A stretch of 64,000 nucleotides of DNA. It comes from Acutalibacteraceae bacterium. Its GTDB lineage: Bacteria; Bacillota; Clostridia; Oscillospirales; Acutalibacteraceae. The position numbers were made by a program, and so were the translations under genes. Positions within the stretch are counted from its first letter, which is position 1. Every line of letters begins with the position of its first letter. Shown here piece after piece: positions 18,915-28,118 of the stretch. The stretch is taken from NCBI GenBank assembly GCA_045613145.1, contig JAZLAJ010000048.1, positions 9,858 through 73,857 of the forward strand, read 5' to 3'. The notes below the pieces were generated by a model that searched no databases, was not told the DNA's origin, and worked only from the letters and a program-made list of their open reading frames with translations.

Positions 18915-18989
18915 CTTATACAGACGGAATAGCTTTTACCTTTTCAGAAAACTTATCCCGCAATTTTGCATTTTGTAATCTGCACTTAA

Positions 18990-20513
18990 TTAAACGCCGC
19001 CGCCTACGGAGCCGTCCCATGTATCTACGGTGGTAGCCTTCATTTCTTCTTCGTCGAACCAACGTGTGGTTACAGCCTTGGTCTCTGTGAAGAAGCGGAA
19101 AGCGTCCTTACCTAAGCAGTGAAGGTTACCGAAGAATGAAAGCTTGTGGCCTGTGAAGGGGAATACTCCTACAGGTACGGGGATACCTACGTTAACACCT
19201 ACCATACCGCCGTCTGTTCTCTTGGCGAACTCTCTGGCATAATAACCGCTCTGTGTGAAGATAACTGAGCCGTTAGCAAAGGGATTGCGGTTCATAAGTG
19301 CAAGGCCTTCCTCGAAGGTCTTTACTCTCTTTATGCAGAGAACAGGTCCGAAGATTTCCTGTGTACCTACAGTCATTTCTTCTGTAACATTATCGAAAAT
19401 GGTGGGACCTACATAGAAGCCGTTTTCACAGCCGGGAACAACTGCATTTCTACCGTCGAGAACGAGAGTAGCACCCTCTTCGATGCCCTTATTGATCCAG
19501 TTGATAACTGATGCCTTATGCTCTGCAGTAACTACGGGACCGAGAGTTGATTCGGGAAGATATGCAGGACCGAGCTTAAGCTCTTCAGCGTACTGCTTAA
19601 GAAGTGCTACGAGCTTATCAGCGATGCTTTCCTGTGCCACAACAACGGGAAGAGCCATACATCTTTCACCTGCACAGCCGAATGCTGAGTTGATGATACC
19701 TCTGGCACTTCTTTCGAGAGCTGCATCCTCGAGAACGAGAGCGTGGTTCTTTGCTTCGCAGAGAGCCTGTACTCTTTTACCTGTAGCTGCTGCTTCTTTA
19801 TAAACGTGGAGACCTACCTTGGTAGAGCCTACGAAGGTGATACCCTTAACGTCGGGATGCTTAAGGAAGATGTCTGCCTCTACTCTGGAGCAGGTTACGA
19901 GGTTAACTACACCCTTGGGAAGGCCTGCTTCACAGAGAAGCTCATTAAGCTTCATAGCAGTCATCGGTGTCATAGATGCGAGCTTAAGAACGATGGTGTT
20001 ACCTGATGCGATACAGCAGGGAACCATCCAGCCCATAGGAATCATACCGGGGAAGTTAAAGGGAACGATACCTGCGAAAACACCTACGGGTTCATAATAG
20101 AGAGTAGTGTCGTAGCCGTTTGATGTATCTCTCATAGAATCACCTAAAAGAGAGATGGGAGCAGAGATAGCGAGTTCTACGGGTTCCTTTACCTTAAGAA
20201 TGTCGCCCTTTGCTTCAGAGAGAACCTTACCGTGCTCGAGTGCGCAGAGCTCTGAAAGCTCATCGAGATGCTCCATAAGAAGCTCACGGAATTTATAGAG
20301 TACCTGAACTCTCTTCATAACGGGTGTATTTGACCATGCGGGGAATGCTGCCTTAGCGGAAGCGATAGCCTGTTCTACTTCTTCAGCTGTACAGCAGGGT
20401 GTTTCAGCGATAACAGCACCTGTGCTGGGATTGTAGACGGGCATATATTTTTCGGTTTTTGATTCTAACCACTGACCGTCAACGAAATAGCGTAATCTTT
20501 TTACCTGTTCCAT
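18990..20513 (-). CDS. mmsA: CoA-acylating (methyl)malonate-semialdehyde dehydrogenase family aldehyde dehydrogenase
   Basis: It has an ALDH fold with the catalytic Cys context GERCMA. The C-terminal FTGHKLSFFGNLHCLGKDAFRFFTETKAVTTRW is typical of MmsA/IolA. Confidence 0.8.
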   Translation of the reverse strand: MEQVKRLRYFVDGQWLESKTEKYMPVYNPSTGAVIAETPCCTAEEVEQAIASAKAAFPAWSNTPVMKRVQVLYKFRELLMEHLDELSELCALEHGKVLSEAKGDILKVKEPVELAISAPISLLGDSMRDTSNGYDTTLYYEPVGVFAGIVPFNFPGMIPMGWMVPCCIASGNTIVLKLASMTPMTAMKLNELLCEAGLPKGVVNLVTCSRVEADIFLKHPDVKGITFVGSTKVGLHVYKEAAATGKRVQALCEAKNHALVLEDAALERSARGIINSAFGCAGERCMALPVVVAQESIADKLVALLKQYAEELKLGPAYLPESTLGPVVTAEHKASVINWINKGIEEGATLVLDGRNAVVPGCENGFYVGPTIFDNVTEEMTVGTQEIFGPVLCIKRVKTFEEGLALMNRNPFANGSVIFTQSGYYAREFAKRTDGGMVGVNVGIPVPVGVFPFTGHKLSFFGNLHCLGKDAFRFFTETKAVTTRWFDEEEMKATTVDTWDGSVGGGV

Positions 20514-20616
20514 TTTTTGTAACTCCTTTTTATGTATTTCATCACCTTATATTAAGCCACAAAATCAAAAATAAATCAAGTCGAAAAGGAAAATTTTTCA
20601 CTTAATAAAAAATTTT

Positions 20617-21252
20617 TTATCCGATTAACTCGCTTATGCTTCCGATAACTCTTGCTCCGGTTCTAACGAGAGCCTCTCTGCTGTTATGCCCTCTCGAAAT
20701 AAGAACACATTCACAGCCTATGCTCTGTGCCACCTCGAAATCGTGAGTGGTATCTCCGACGAAAAGAACCTCCTCGCCCGAAATACCCTTTTCAGCCATC
20801 CATTTCTTAGCTATGTCCACCTTGCTGCGGGCATAGATATCCCCCGTTCCGAGAATATCCGAAAAAAGATGATCTATCCCGTGAAAGGCTACCTGAGAGA
20901 AAAGCCATTTGTTTTCCGTCATAGAAAGAATTATCTGCTCTATTCCTGCCGTACGGAAATATCTTATTACTCTTTCCGCATCCTCGAAAAGCTCCGCCTC
21001 GTGAAAGCGCTGCTCGTATTCGTAAACATAATCTCTGGCTATATCCTCGAACCTTTCATTATCGAGATCGAAGCCCATTCTTTCATAAAAGCGTATAATA
21101 GGAAAAGAAAATACACTGTGATATGTCTCTATGCTTTCCATTTCTCTGAGTCCCCTTCTGCGCAGAAGAGTATTTTCGATTTCGAAGTTAATCTGCAGGT
21201 CATCCAGAAGCGTTCCGTTCCAGTCCCACATTATATATCTTATATTATCCAT
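20617..21252 (-). CDS. HAD-IA-type hydrolase with atypical motif I (DWNGT)
   Basis: Motif I is MWDWNGTLLDD, motif II is ILSMT, and motifs III/IV are K...GDTTHD. Confidence 0.8.
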   Translation of the reverse strand: MDNIRYIMWDWNGTLLDDLQINFEIENTLLRRRGLREMESIETYHSVFSFPIIRFYERMGFDLDNERFEDIARDYVYEYEQRFHEAELFEDAERVIRYFRTAGIEQIILSMTENKWLFSQVAFHGIDHLFSDILGTGDIYARSKVDIAKKWMAEKGISGEEVLFVGDTTHDFEVAQSIGCECVLISRGHNSREALVRTGARVIGSISELIG

Positions 21253-21253
21253 T

Positions 21254-21490
21254 TTAAAATCCTTTTTTCACCTTTACTATTTCTACAAGCTCACCCAGAG
21301 TGCTTACCGTCTGAAGCTCCTCGTCTTCTATTGTGATTTCAAACTCATCTTCTACGGACATTATACAGTCAACCACATCCAGGCTGTCCAGCTCCATTTC
21401 GCCGAAGGTCATCTCCTCAGTAAATGTTACCTCATCACCTAAGTCCATATTTTCTCTTATTATATCACATATTCTTTCAAATGTATCCAT
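21254..21490 (-). CDS. stand-alone acyl/peptidyl carrier protein
   Basis: A 78-aa acidic protein with the LDSLDVVD phosphopantetheine-attachment motif. Its stop lies 1 nt from the HAD start. Confidence 0.75.
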   Translation of the reverse strand: MDTFERICDIIRENMDLGDEVTFTEEMTFGEMELDSLDVVDCIMSVEDEFEITIEDEELQTVSTLGELVEIVKVKKGF

Positions 21491-21655
21491 ATAAATTCTC
21501 CTTTTTGCTTTTTTCTGAATAATATCATATTACCTATATTGCCCTTTTGTCAATCGCAATAAAAATTATTTAACATTCCTTTTTATGGCAGGATGAATAT
21601 TATAAGAAAGCCTTTCCAATAATTTACACACATTACTTAAAGGGAGTGTAAAATT

Positions 21656-22261
21656 ATGAAGCTCAAAGCCATCGAAATATCCGCCCTCATCGCCCTTATT
21701 TTCACAGTTGTTTCCACTCTTTCCTTCGAAAGCAGCTGCGAAGGTATACGGGAAAAGATTCTGCGTCTTCACGTTATCGCTTCTTCAGATTCGGTGACTG
21801 ACCAGAGTCTGAAATACGCTGTAAGAGACTCTCTTCTACGTGACGGTGAGAGCATTTTCCGAGGCAGTGATACTGTTATTCAGGCAGAAGAAAAGATAGA
21901 AGCTTCTCTTGACTTTCTTAAAGAAAGTGCAGAAAGCACACTGAAAAATCTCGGATGCGATTATCCCGTAAGCGTTATCTTAGGCAGAAGCTATTTTCCT
22001 ACGAGACAGTACGAAGACATCACACTTCCCGCCGGCTACTATAATGCGGTAAAAGTCATAATCGGTGAGGGCAAGGGTAAAAACTGGTGGTGTGTGATGT
22101 TTCCGCCTATGTGTCTTCCTGCCGCCTCAGAAAACTCTCCCGAGCTATCCAACCTTCTTTCCGAAAGAGAAGAAGATATAGTTTCAGGCGGCAAAAAATA
22201 CGAAATTAAATTCTGGTTTGTGGAAAAGTACTATGAACTGAAAGAAAAGTTTATACATTAA
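21656..22261 (+). CDS. spoIIR: stage II sporulation protein R
   Basis: LRLHVIASSDSVTDQSLKYAVRD and GKNWWCVMFPPMCLP match SpoIIR hallmarks. Confidence 0.85.
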   Translation: MKLKAIEISALIALIFTVVSTLSFESSCEGIREKILRLHVIASSDSVTDQSLKYAVRDSLLRDGESIFRGSDTVIQAEEKIEASLDFLKESAESTLKNLGCDYPVSVILGRSYFPTRQYEDITLPAGYYNAVKVIIGEGKGKNWWCVMFPPMCLPAASENSPELSNLLSEREEDIVSGGKKYEIKFWFVEKYYELKEKFIH

Positions 22262-22354
22262 CACCAACCACAACTTATGATAAAATATTGTCAATTCTTT
22301 AAAATAATGTTATGATTAACAATAATAATATATTATTTCAAGGAGTGTTAAAAT

Positions 22355-23752
22355 ATGAAGAATTGCGATATTCTTATTGCAGGTGCATCCACTACAGGCT
22401 CATGGTTCGCTTATCAGATGGCCAAAAGAGGCTTCAATGTAGTGGTAATCGAAAAGCAGGAAAAGGATAATATTTCCCGTGAGTATGACATCTTCCATAT
22501 GGGCAGAGAGGACATGATAAAGTTCGATCTGGAAATCCCTGACAAGGAAAACACTAAGGTTTATGGCTTCGAATTTGACTCCACAGCCGTCGTTTCTCCC
22601 TACGGCAACTATCCTAAAAGAACTCACGAGGCAGTAGTAGGTCTTCACAAGCACGAGTACATAATGACAATGATAGAACGGGCCGAAAAAGCAGGCGCCG
22701 AATATATCTATGATGCTCCCTTCAAGGATTTCATATACGATGAAAAGGGCAAAATTATCGGTGCAAAATACGAAACAAAGGACGGTATACAGGAAATTTA
22801 CAGTAAGCTTGTAGCCGACTGTACAGGTATTCCCGCCGCAGCAAGAACTAAGCTCCCCGACACCTCCTTCGTAGAAAACTTCAAGCTTACCCCAAAGGAT
22901 ATTTTCTATGTAGTTCTCTACTATGCAAAATATAAGGACGAAAAGGTAGACCCGAAAAAACTTCACGGCTCCTTCTTACAGTACAAGACCTGGTCTGCTC
23001 CCTCAGGTGACGACCACGGTGCTATCCTCGGTGTAGGCGGTAACTTCTCCTACGCTTATGCAGAAGAGATTTACAAGGACTTCCGTAAGAATGTCCCCTG
23101 GCCCGAGTATACTATTGACAAGGTTGAGAGAGGTATGACTCCCTACCACAGAGGCGTTTACTGTTTCACAGAGGACGGCTTCATCGCTTTAGGTGACACA
23201 GCCTGTCTTACCAAGGCAAACTGCGGTGAAGGCTGTACATCCTCACTTTATCAGGTAGAAATCGCAGTGGATGTTATCTCTAAACTTCTGAACGAAGGGA
23301 AAGAGCTCACACAGAAAAACATGTGGTCCATCAATAAGCGTTACATCGATGTTCAGGGTAAGGATTTCGATTCTATGCGTCCCCTTCTTACAGGTATCGT
23401 TCAGGCAAGCTATGACGAAGCTGAATACCTTTTCAGAAAGGATATCATCTTCAGCCAGAAGATTCTCGGCGGTATGGGTCAGGAGCTTCAGCTCAGTGCC
23501 AAGGACATCGCTGACCTCGTAACAGGCATTTCCTCAGGAGTTCTTACTAAAAAGCTCCGTCCCTCCACACTTAAGAAAATCGTAAAAGGTCTCCTCGACA
23601 GTGACAAGGTAGCAAAACACTATGATAACTACCCCGAATCTCCCGAAGGATTCCCCGAATGGAAGAAAAAGGCAGACGAAATTTGGGCAGGCACTACATT
23701 TATGTACGAAACTGCCGATAAAAAGGTAATGAAGAAGCTGGGAATCGGCTGA
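22355..23752 (+). CDS. FAD/NAD(P)-binding oxidoreductase
   Basis: It has an N-terminal Rossmann dinucleotide motif DILIAGASTTGSWFAYQMAKRGFNVVVIEK. The specific function is unknown. Confidence 0.6.
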   Translation: MKNCDILIAGASTTGSWFAYQMAKRGFNVVVIEKQEKDNISREYDIFHMGREDMIKFDLEIPDKENTKVYGFEFDSTAVVSPYGNYPKRTHEAVVGLHKHEYIMTMIERAEKAGAEYIYDAPFKDFIYDEKGKIIGAKYETKDGIQEIYSKLVADCTGIPAAARTKLPDTSFVENFKLTPKDIFYVVLYYAKYKDEKVDPKKLHGSFLQYKTWSAPSGDDHGAILGVGGNFSYAYAEEIYKDFRKNVPWPEYTIDKVERGMTPYHRGVYCFTEDGFIALGDTACLTKANCGEGCTSSLYQVEIAVDVISKLLNEGKELTQKNMWSINKRYIDVQGKDFDSMRPLLTGIVQASYDEAEYLFRKDIIFSQKILGGMGQELQLSAKDIADLVTGISSGVLTKKLRPSTLKKIVKGLLDSDKVAKHYDNYPESPEGFPEWKKKADEIWAGTTFMYETADKKVMKKLGIG

Positions 23753-23820
23753 TTATGTTATGCGGACAGGGCAGTTATATATGAATAATTGCCTCACTTC
23801 TTATAAAGGAGTACACTGTT

Positions 23821-26370
23821 ATGAAAAAATTACTTTTATCCCTTTCGGGAGCTTTTACCGTTCTGCTGATTCTGATTATTTCCTCAGTTTCCGCCTCGGC
23901 ATACTATTATGACGAAGCCGACGGTGCGTCCTTAGAATACACTGCCGATCTGGTAAACGGTACTGCTACCATCACCGACATCGACTACTATTACTATGGC
24001 GAAGAAATCATAATCCCTGAATATATTCCCTTCGGTGATTATGATGATTACTACTATGATGACGATTATTATGACTCCGAGGATATGGTTTTCCTGAAGG
24101 TAACCTCTATTGACTGCTGTATAGACATATCATATATCAGTTACGTTCAGATACCCGCCTCTGTCCAGTACATAAGAGAAAATGCCTTCTACAACGATGA
24201 TGAATATGAAAATAAAAGCTTCAGAATTTCCTGCGTCCGTGGAAGCTATGCGGACACCTACGCCCTCTCTAAGGGTCTTGCTACCGAGTATGTAAAGGAT
24301 TTTTCTTCTCTTGATATCAGTCTTTCAGGGACCGAGTTCACCTACACTTCCGAAAGAATATATCCCGATGTTACCGTAAAAGACGGTAATGTGACTCTCT
24401 CGAGAGGAACACACTATTCTCTTTATTATGAAAAGAACCGTAATGCAGGAACTGCCTCGGTATTTATTACCGCTTCCGGCAACTACTGCGGCGGTAAAAA
24501 GCTCTACTTTACCATAAAGCCTGTACCTGCCGCCTCAGTAACCGTATCCTCAGTCGAGGACTACGAATATTACGGTGAAGCCGCCGAGCCGTGGATAGAG
24601 CTTACCTATAATAATATGTGGCTCGATGAAGGAAGAGATTACACTTATTCCTACAGAAACAACCGCTACCCCGGAACTGCTTCTATAGATATAGTATTCA
24701 AAGGAAACTATGCCGGTACAAGGACAATTAATTTCAAAATAAAGCTTTCTGCTGTAACAAACCTGGAAGCCTACTCTTACTCTCCCAAGGAAGTCGATCT
24801 TTACTGGTCCTCATGGTCAAGCGAAGCGGACACATACTACATCTACCGTTACAGCAGCAGTAAGAAAAAATATGTATATGTAAATAAATCCGACAGCGGT
24901 TACTATACCGACAAAAAGCGCAAGCAATGTACACTGTATAAGTATAAGATAGTCCCCGTAGTGTTCAACGATAAAAAGGAGCCTGTCTACGGTGAAGCAG
25001 CATATACGGAATGCTACACCCTGATTTCTGCACCGAAAATCGAACTGACCACTCTCAAAAAGTCCATTGAAATCAGCTACTCTGAAAACACCGCTGCTGA
25101 CGGTTATGTAATTTACAGACAGAATGTTCTCACCTACTCTGAACCGGAGATTATAAAAACTGTAAAAAGTAACAAGAAGGGTACATATACGGACAAAAAA
25201 ATAGATCCGGATATCGTATATGCCTACTATGCAGTAGTTTACAAGACCATAAACGGAAAGCGTGTCTACGGCGAAAACAGTGACTACCATTATTCTGACG
25301 AGCCAAGTGCTGTTTTAAAAGGCGCCAAGCTGGATTCCCACAGAAGCTTCACCGTTTACGACACACAGGGCAAGAAAACAACCCAATACACCTACAATCT
25401 CAGTGACAATGATATTAAAATCCTCAAAAGCTTCGCCAAAAATCACTTCAAAAAAGGTATGACCGAAGAAGAGAAGCTTCGTTATACCCTCGAGTGGATT
25501 CACTATAATAACACCTATGCTTTAGGCGATGACTGGAATAAAATCTCAGGCAAATCCTGGGTTGAGGCTATTTTCAAATACAAGCTCGGTCAGTGTGCAC
25601 AATATAACGGTGCTCTGGCAGGTATGCTGGTTTATTTAGGCTATGATGCACGAGTTATAAAGGGCTACCGTGGCTACAGCTACACCGGATACAAGACTCA
25701 GCATTTTTGGTGCGAGGTAGTGATTCAGGGCAGAAGATATGTTATGGAAACAGGTAACTTCAAAAGAAACGGTTCCTGGAAATGCTTCCTTCTTCCGTAC
25801 AGCCAGTGCGGAGGCTACATAATCAATCAGCAGCCTGCCGAACTTGTAGTATACAAGCCTAAGGTAGATAAGGTTTCACTTTCAGAAACGAAATATGTTT
25901 ACAACGGAAAAGCAAAAAAACCGAAAATAACCGCAACTGACACTCACGGTAACACACTCACTGAAGGCAAGGATTATACCGTAACCTACAGTAAGGGCAG
26001 AAAAAAGGTCGGCAAATACAGTGTTACCGTTAAATTCAAGGGTAAATATTCAGGCTCCAAAAAGCTCACCTTCAGCATCGTTCCGAAAGCTACCTCAATT
26101 TCATCCCTTAAGGCCGGAAGTAAAAAATTCACGGTGAAATGGAAAAAGCAGACCACAGAGACCACCGGCTATCAGATTCAGTACAGTACATCTTCCAAGA
26201 TGAAAAAGGCAAAGACCGTAACGACGAAAAAGAACTCCTCTACCTCAAAATCCGTAAAGGAGCTTAAAAAAGGTAAGACCTACTATGTAAGAGTCAGAAC
26301 CTACAAAACAGTGTCCGGAAAGAATATTTATTCTTCCTGGTCAAAGATTAAAAAAATCAAGGTTAAATAA
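23821..26370 (+). CDS. secreted multidomain protein with transglutaminase-like cysteine protease core, Ig-like and FN3-like repeats
   Basis: It has a signal peptide and a core GQCAQYNG...HFWCEVV...METGN. The module xKPxVTxxxGxxLxxGxDYxxxYxxNxxxGTAxVxIxGxGNYxGxxxxxFxIxP is repeated. Confidence 0.75.
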   Translation: MKKLLLSLSGAFTVLLILIISSVSASAYYYDEADGASLEYTADLVNGTATITDIDYYYYGEEIIIPEYIPFGDYDDYYYDDDYYDSEDMVFLKVTSIDCCIDISYISYVQIPASVQYIRENAFYNDDEYENKSFRISCVRGSYADTYALSKGLATEYVKDFSSLDISLSGTEFTYTSERIYPDVTVKDGNVTLSRGTHYSLYYEKNRNAGTASVFITASGNYCGGKKLYFTIKPVPAASVTVSSVEDYEYYGEAAEPWIELTYNNMWLDEGRDYTYSYRNNRYPGTASIDIVFKGNYAGTRTINFKIKLSAVTNLEAYSYSPKEVDLYWSSWSSEADTYYIYRYSSSKKKYVYVNKSDSGYYTDKKRKQCTLYKYKIVPVVFNDKKEPVYGEAAYTECYTLISAPKIELTTLKKSIEISYSENTAADGYVIYRQNVLTYSEPEIIKTVKSNKKGTYTDKKIDPDIVYAYYAVVYKTINGKRVYGENSDYHYSDEPSAVLKGAKLDSHRSFTVYDTQGKKTTQYTYNLSDNDIKILKSFAKNHFKKGMTEEEKLRYTLEWIHYNNTYALGDDWNKISGKSWVEAIFKYKLGQCAQYNGALAGMLVYLGYDARVIKGYRGYSYTGYKTQHFWCEVVIQGRRYVMETGNFKRNGSWKCFLLPYSQCGGYIINQQPAELVVYKPKVDKVSLSETKYVYNGKAKKPKITATDTHGNTLTEGKDYTVTYSKGRKKVGKYSVTVKFKGKYSGSKKLTFSIVPKATSISSLKAGSKKFTVKWKKQTTETTGYQIQYSTSSKMKKAKTVTTKKNSSTSKSVKELKKGKTYYVRVRTYKTVSGKNIYSSWSKIKKIKVK

Positions 26371-26373
26371 CAC

Positions 26374-26420
26374 AAAAAAGAGTTTCCTCGGGGTTTGTAC
26401 TCCGAAGAAACTCTTTTATA
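26374..26420. terminator. bidirectional terminator
   Basis: A long stem aaagagtttcctcgg / ccgaagaaactcttt. Confidence 0.8.
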
Positions 26421-26432
26421 TTTTATATGTAA

Positions 26433-27737
26433 TTAATGGGTCTTCCAGTTCTTTATTCCGTTGCCCCATTCGAGGATATAAATATCTACATTACGTCTTC
26501 CGAAGTTTCTGCAGTTATTATAACCGCGGATGTAAAGGTCAACCACTGTGTTGCTGGTGTAAATGAATCCGCCTGTGTCACTGGCTGTACAGTAACCATA
26601 ATTATACTTGCCGTCAGAGGAAACGATGTACATTTTAGTACCGTAGGGTATCTCTCTCGGGTCTACTGCCACACGTCCCGGCATAGCAGGTGCGCCTGTG
26701 GAACAGGTAGTGCCCGTACAGTAGGCTGTGGCCTTACCCGTGATAACCTTTTTATAATTGACGGGTCTGCCGTTTTTATTCAGCTGTATTTCGAAAGGCG
26801 GCTTGAGCTCGGAAATTACCTTGCCCGATTTTACTGTCGCACCGGTAAAGCCTGTGGAGCGTACCTTCGTACCTCTTACGATAATCTGTGTTACCGGTTT
26901 TTTGACCACCTTGGTACTCAGAATTTCTGTCTCTGCAATCTCACCGTCAACATATTTATACTTGTATTCGTTTACGCTTTTACCCTTTACGCCTTTTTTC
27001 TTGATCTTTCTCTGATCCTCATACAGGCTGTTATCATATTCAATCTTTGTTTTGAAATCTGTCTTTACGGTTTTGGTTTCCGTTTTATATTCGATTCTTT
27101 TAACTGTAATTGAGGTAGCCTTTTTAAGCTCCTTGGTCATTTTTTTCGAGATTTCGTCGAACTGACCGAGATTGATTCCCGTCTGCTTAAGCACACTCTC
27201 TACGGTACCGCCTGTTATATTAACCGTCTTCACCTTGCCGTCAACCTTGATTTTAACGGGGAAGGCACGGGTAATTTCGATTTTCATATCGTCAGTAATA
27301 CCCACTTCTTCATCGAAGTTAAGACTGTCTCCGTCCTTCAGCTTTACTCCTGCCTTGTCCAAAGCTGACTTTACGGTGCCTGCCACATTGACAGAAGCTA
27401 TCTGCTTTCCGTCGTCATAAATAAGCACATCGTGAGGCTCGGCTACGATAATGATTTTCTCTCCCCGGTCGGGATTATAGTAATCGAGGACCAGACTGTT
27501 GCTGTCATCGAGAGTAATGCCTGCTCTCTCTACGATTTCCTCAGGAGTTGCAGAAACGGTGACAACCTTATGCTGAACACCGTCACAGAAAACATAGGTA
27601 GCAGCCACATCCGATCTGTAAATAAGAAATCCGATCAGCAGAAAAAGCAGTGCTACACCGAAAGCAATAGCCTTTTTCGGGTTTATTCTTCTTATGAATG
27701 CGGTGCCGTTGATAAATCGCATCATATATCTGCCCAT
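26433..27737 (-). CDS. YabE/RpfB-like cell-wall protein (DUF348 repeats, G5 domain, C-terminal 3D/RlpA-like domain)
   Basis: It has an N-terminal TM, repeated DUF348-like segments, a G5-like middle region, and a C-terminus ATAYCTGTTCSTGAPAMPGRVAVDP...DTGG typical of 3D domains. Confidence 0.75.
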   Translation of the reverse strand: MGRYMMRFINGTAFIRRINPKKAIAFGVALLFLLIGFLIYRSDVAATYVFCDGVQHKVVTVSATPEEIVERAGITLDDSNSLVLDYYNPDRGEKIIIVAEPHDVLIYDDGKQIASVNVAGTVKSALDKAGVKLKDGDSLNFDEEVGITDDMKIEITRAFPVKIKVDGKVKTVNITGGTVESVLKQTGINLGQFDEISKKMTKELKKATSITVKRIEYKTETKTVKTDFKTKIEYDNSLYEDQRKIKKKGVKGKSVNEYKYKYVDGEIAETEILSTKVVKKPVTQIIVRGTKVRSTGFTGATVKSGKVISELKPPFEIQLNKNGRPVNYKKVITGKATAYCTGTTCSTGAPAMPGRVAVDPREIPYGTKMYIVSSDGKYNYGYCTASDTGGFIYTSNTVVDLYIRGYNNCRNFGRRNVDIYILEWGNGIKNWKTH

Positions 27738-27776
27738 AAGCTGTATCTCCCCCTTAATTTTTACGAAATCCTACGT

Positions 27777-27805
27777 ATTATACTGATTTGTACTTTTTTT
27801 GTCAA
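27777..27805 (-). promoter_or_regulatory. promoter of the yabE-like gene
   Basis: Minus strand: TTGACA, 17-nt spacer, TATAAT. Confidence 0.6.
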
Positions 27806-27952
27806 ATTCAGACTGATTTTTTCTTTAGTCAAGAAACACAAAAAAGCTCCCTGTTTTTTATTCAACAGGAACAATAACAGAAAAAAATATCACCGATATT
27901 CCGCATTTTATCCTTATTTCTTTCGTCAAAAAGAACAAAAATCTCAAAAGCC

Positions 27953-27981
27953 TTGACAAGTGCCTTTTTTTCCTCTAAAAT
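27953..27981 (+). promoter_or_regulatory. promoter of the lysin-cassette leader
   Basis: TTGACA (27953-27958), 17-nt spacer, TAAAAT (27976-27981). Confidence 0.6.
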
Positions 27982-28050
27982 TATATATAGCGGTACCGCA
28001 AAGCCGCTGAAAACCGAATATACCATCACAGATTTCAGTGATGCTTCAGA

Positions 28051-28094
28051 CTGCTGTTTTTCCCCTTCAGGAAAGGGAAAAAGGCAGTTTTTTT
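28051..28094 (+). terminator. strong intrinsic terminator inside the 5' leader, 25 nt upstream of the lysin SD
   Basis: ctgc-tg-tttttccc / gggaaaaa-g-gcag gives about 12 bp with a small internal loop, followed by T7. Confidence 0.65.
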
Positions 28095-28118
28095 GTTTTT
28101 TACAAGAAAGGAGCAAAT

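Noticed and set aside
20686-21336. Long antisense ORFs opposite well-supported genes (also 11594-12130, 26436-27113, 49447-50025, 15673-16086, 51626-52087 and others).
   Set aside because: These are shadow ORFs. They have no SD, atypical composition, and the opposite strand encodes proteins with clear family motifs.
21491-21655. A sigma-F-type promoter for spoIIR in the divergent intergenic region.
   Set aside because: I could not align a convincing -35/-10 pair to the sigma-F consensus by eye, so I make no call.
27989-28010. A CGCAAAGCC segment resembling the c-di-GMP-I (GEMM-I) riboswitch core in the lysin leader.
   Set aside because: The upstream GGCAAAC-containing P1 hairpin with a GNRA loop and the downstream conserved closing sequence are missing. 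One short match is not enough.
28038-28118. The N-terminal extension of the lysin ORF given in the track. The extensions at 9075-9146, 29553-29645, 46223-46282 and 50946-50978 are similar cases.
   Set aside because: The extensions lack SD sequences and overlap promoters or terminators, while internal ATGs have good SDs and match the expected N-termini of the families.
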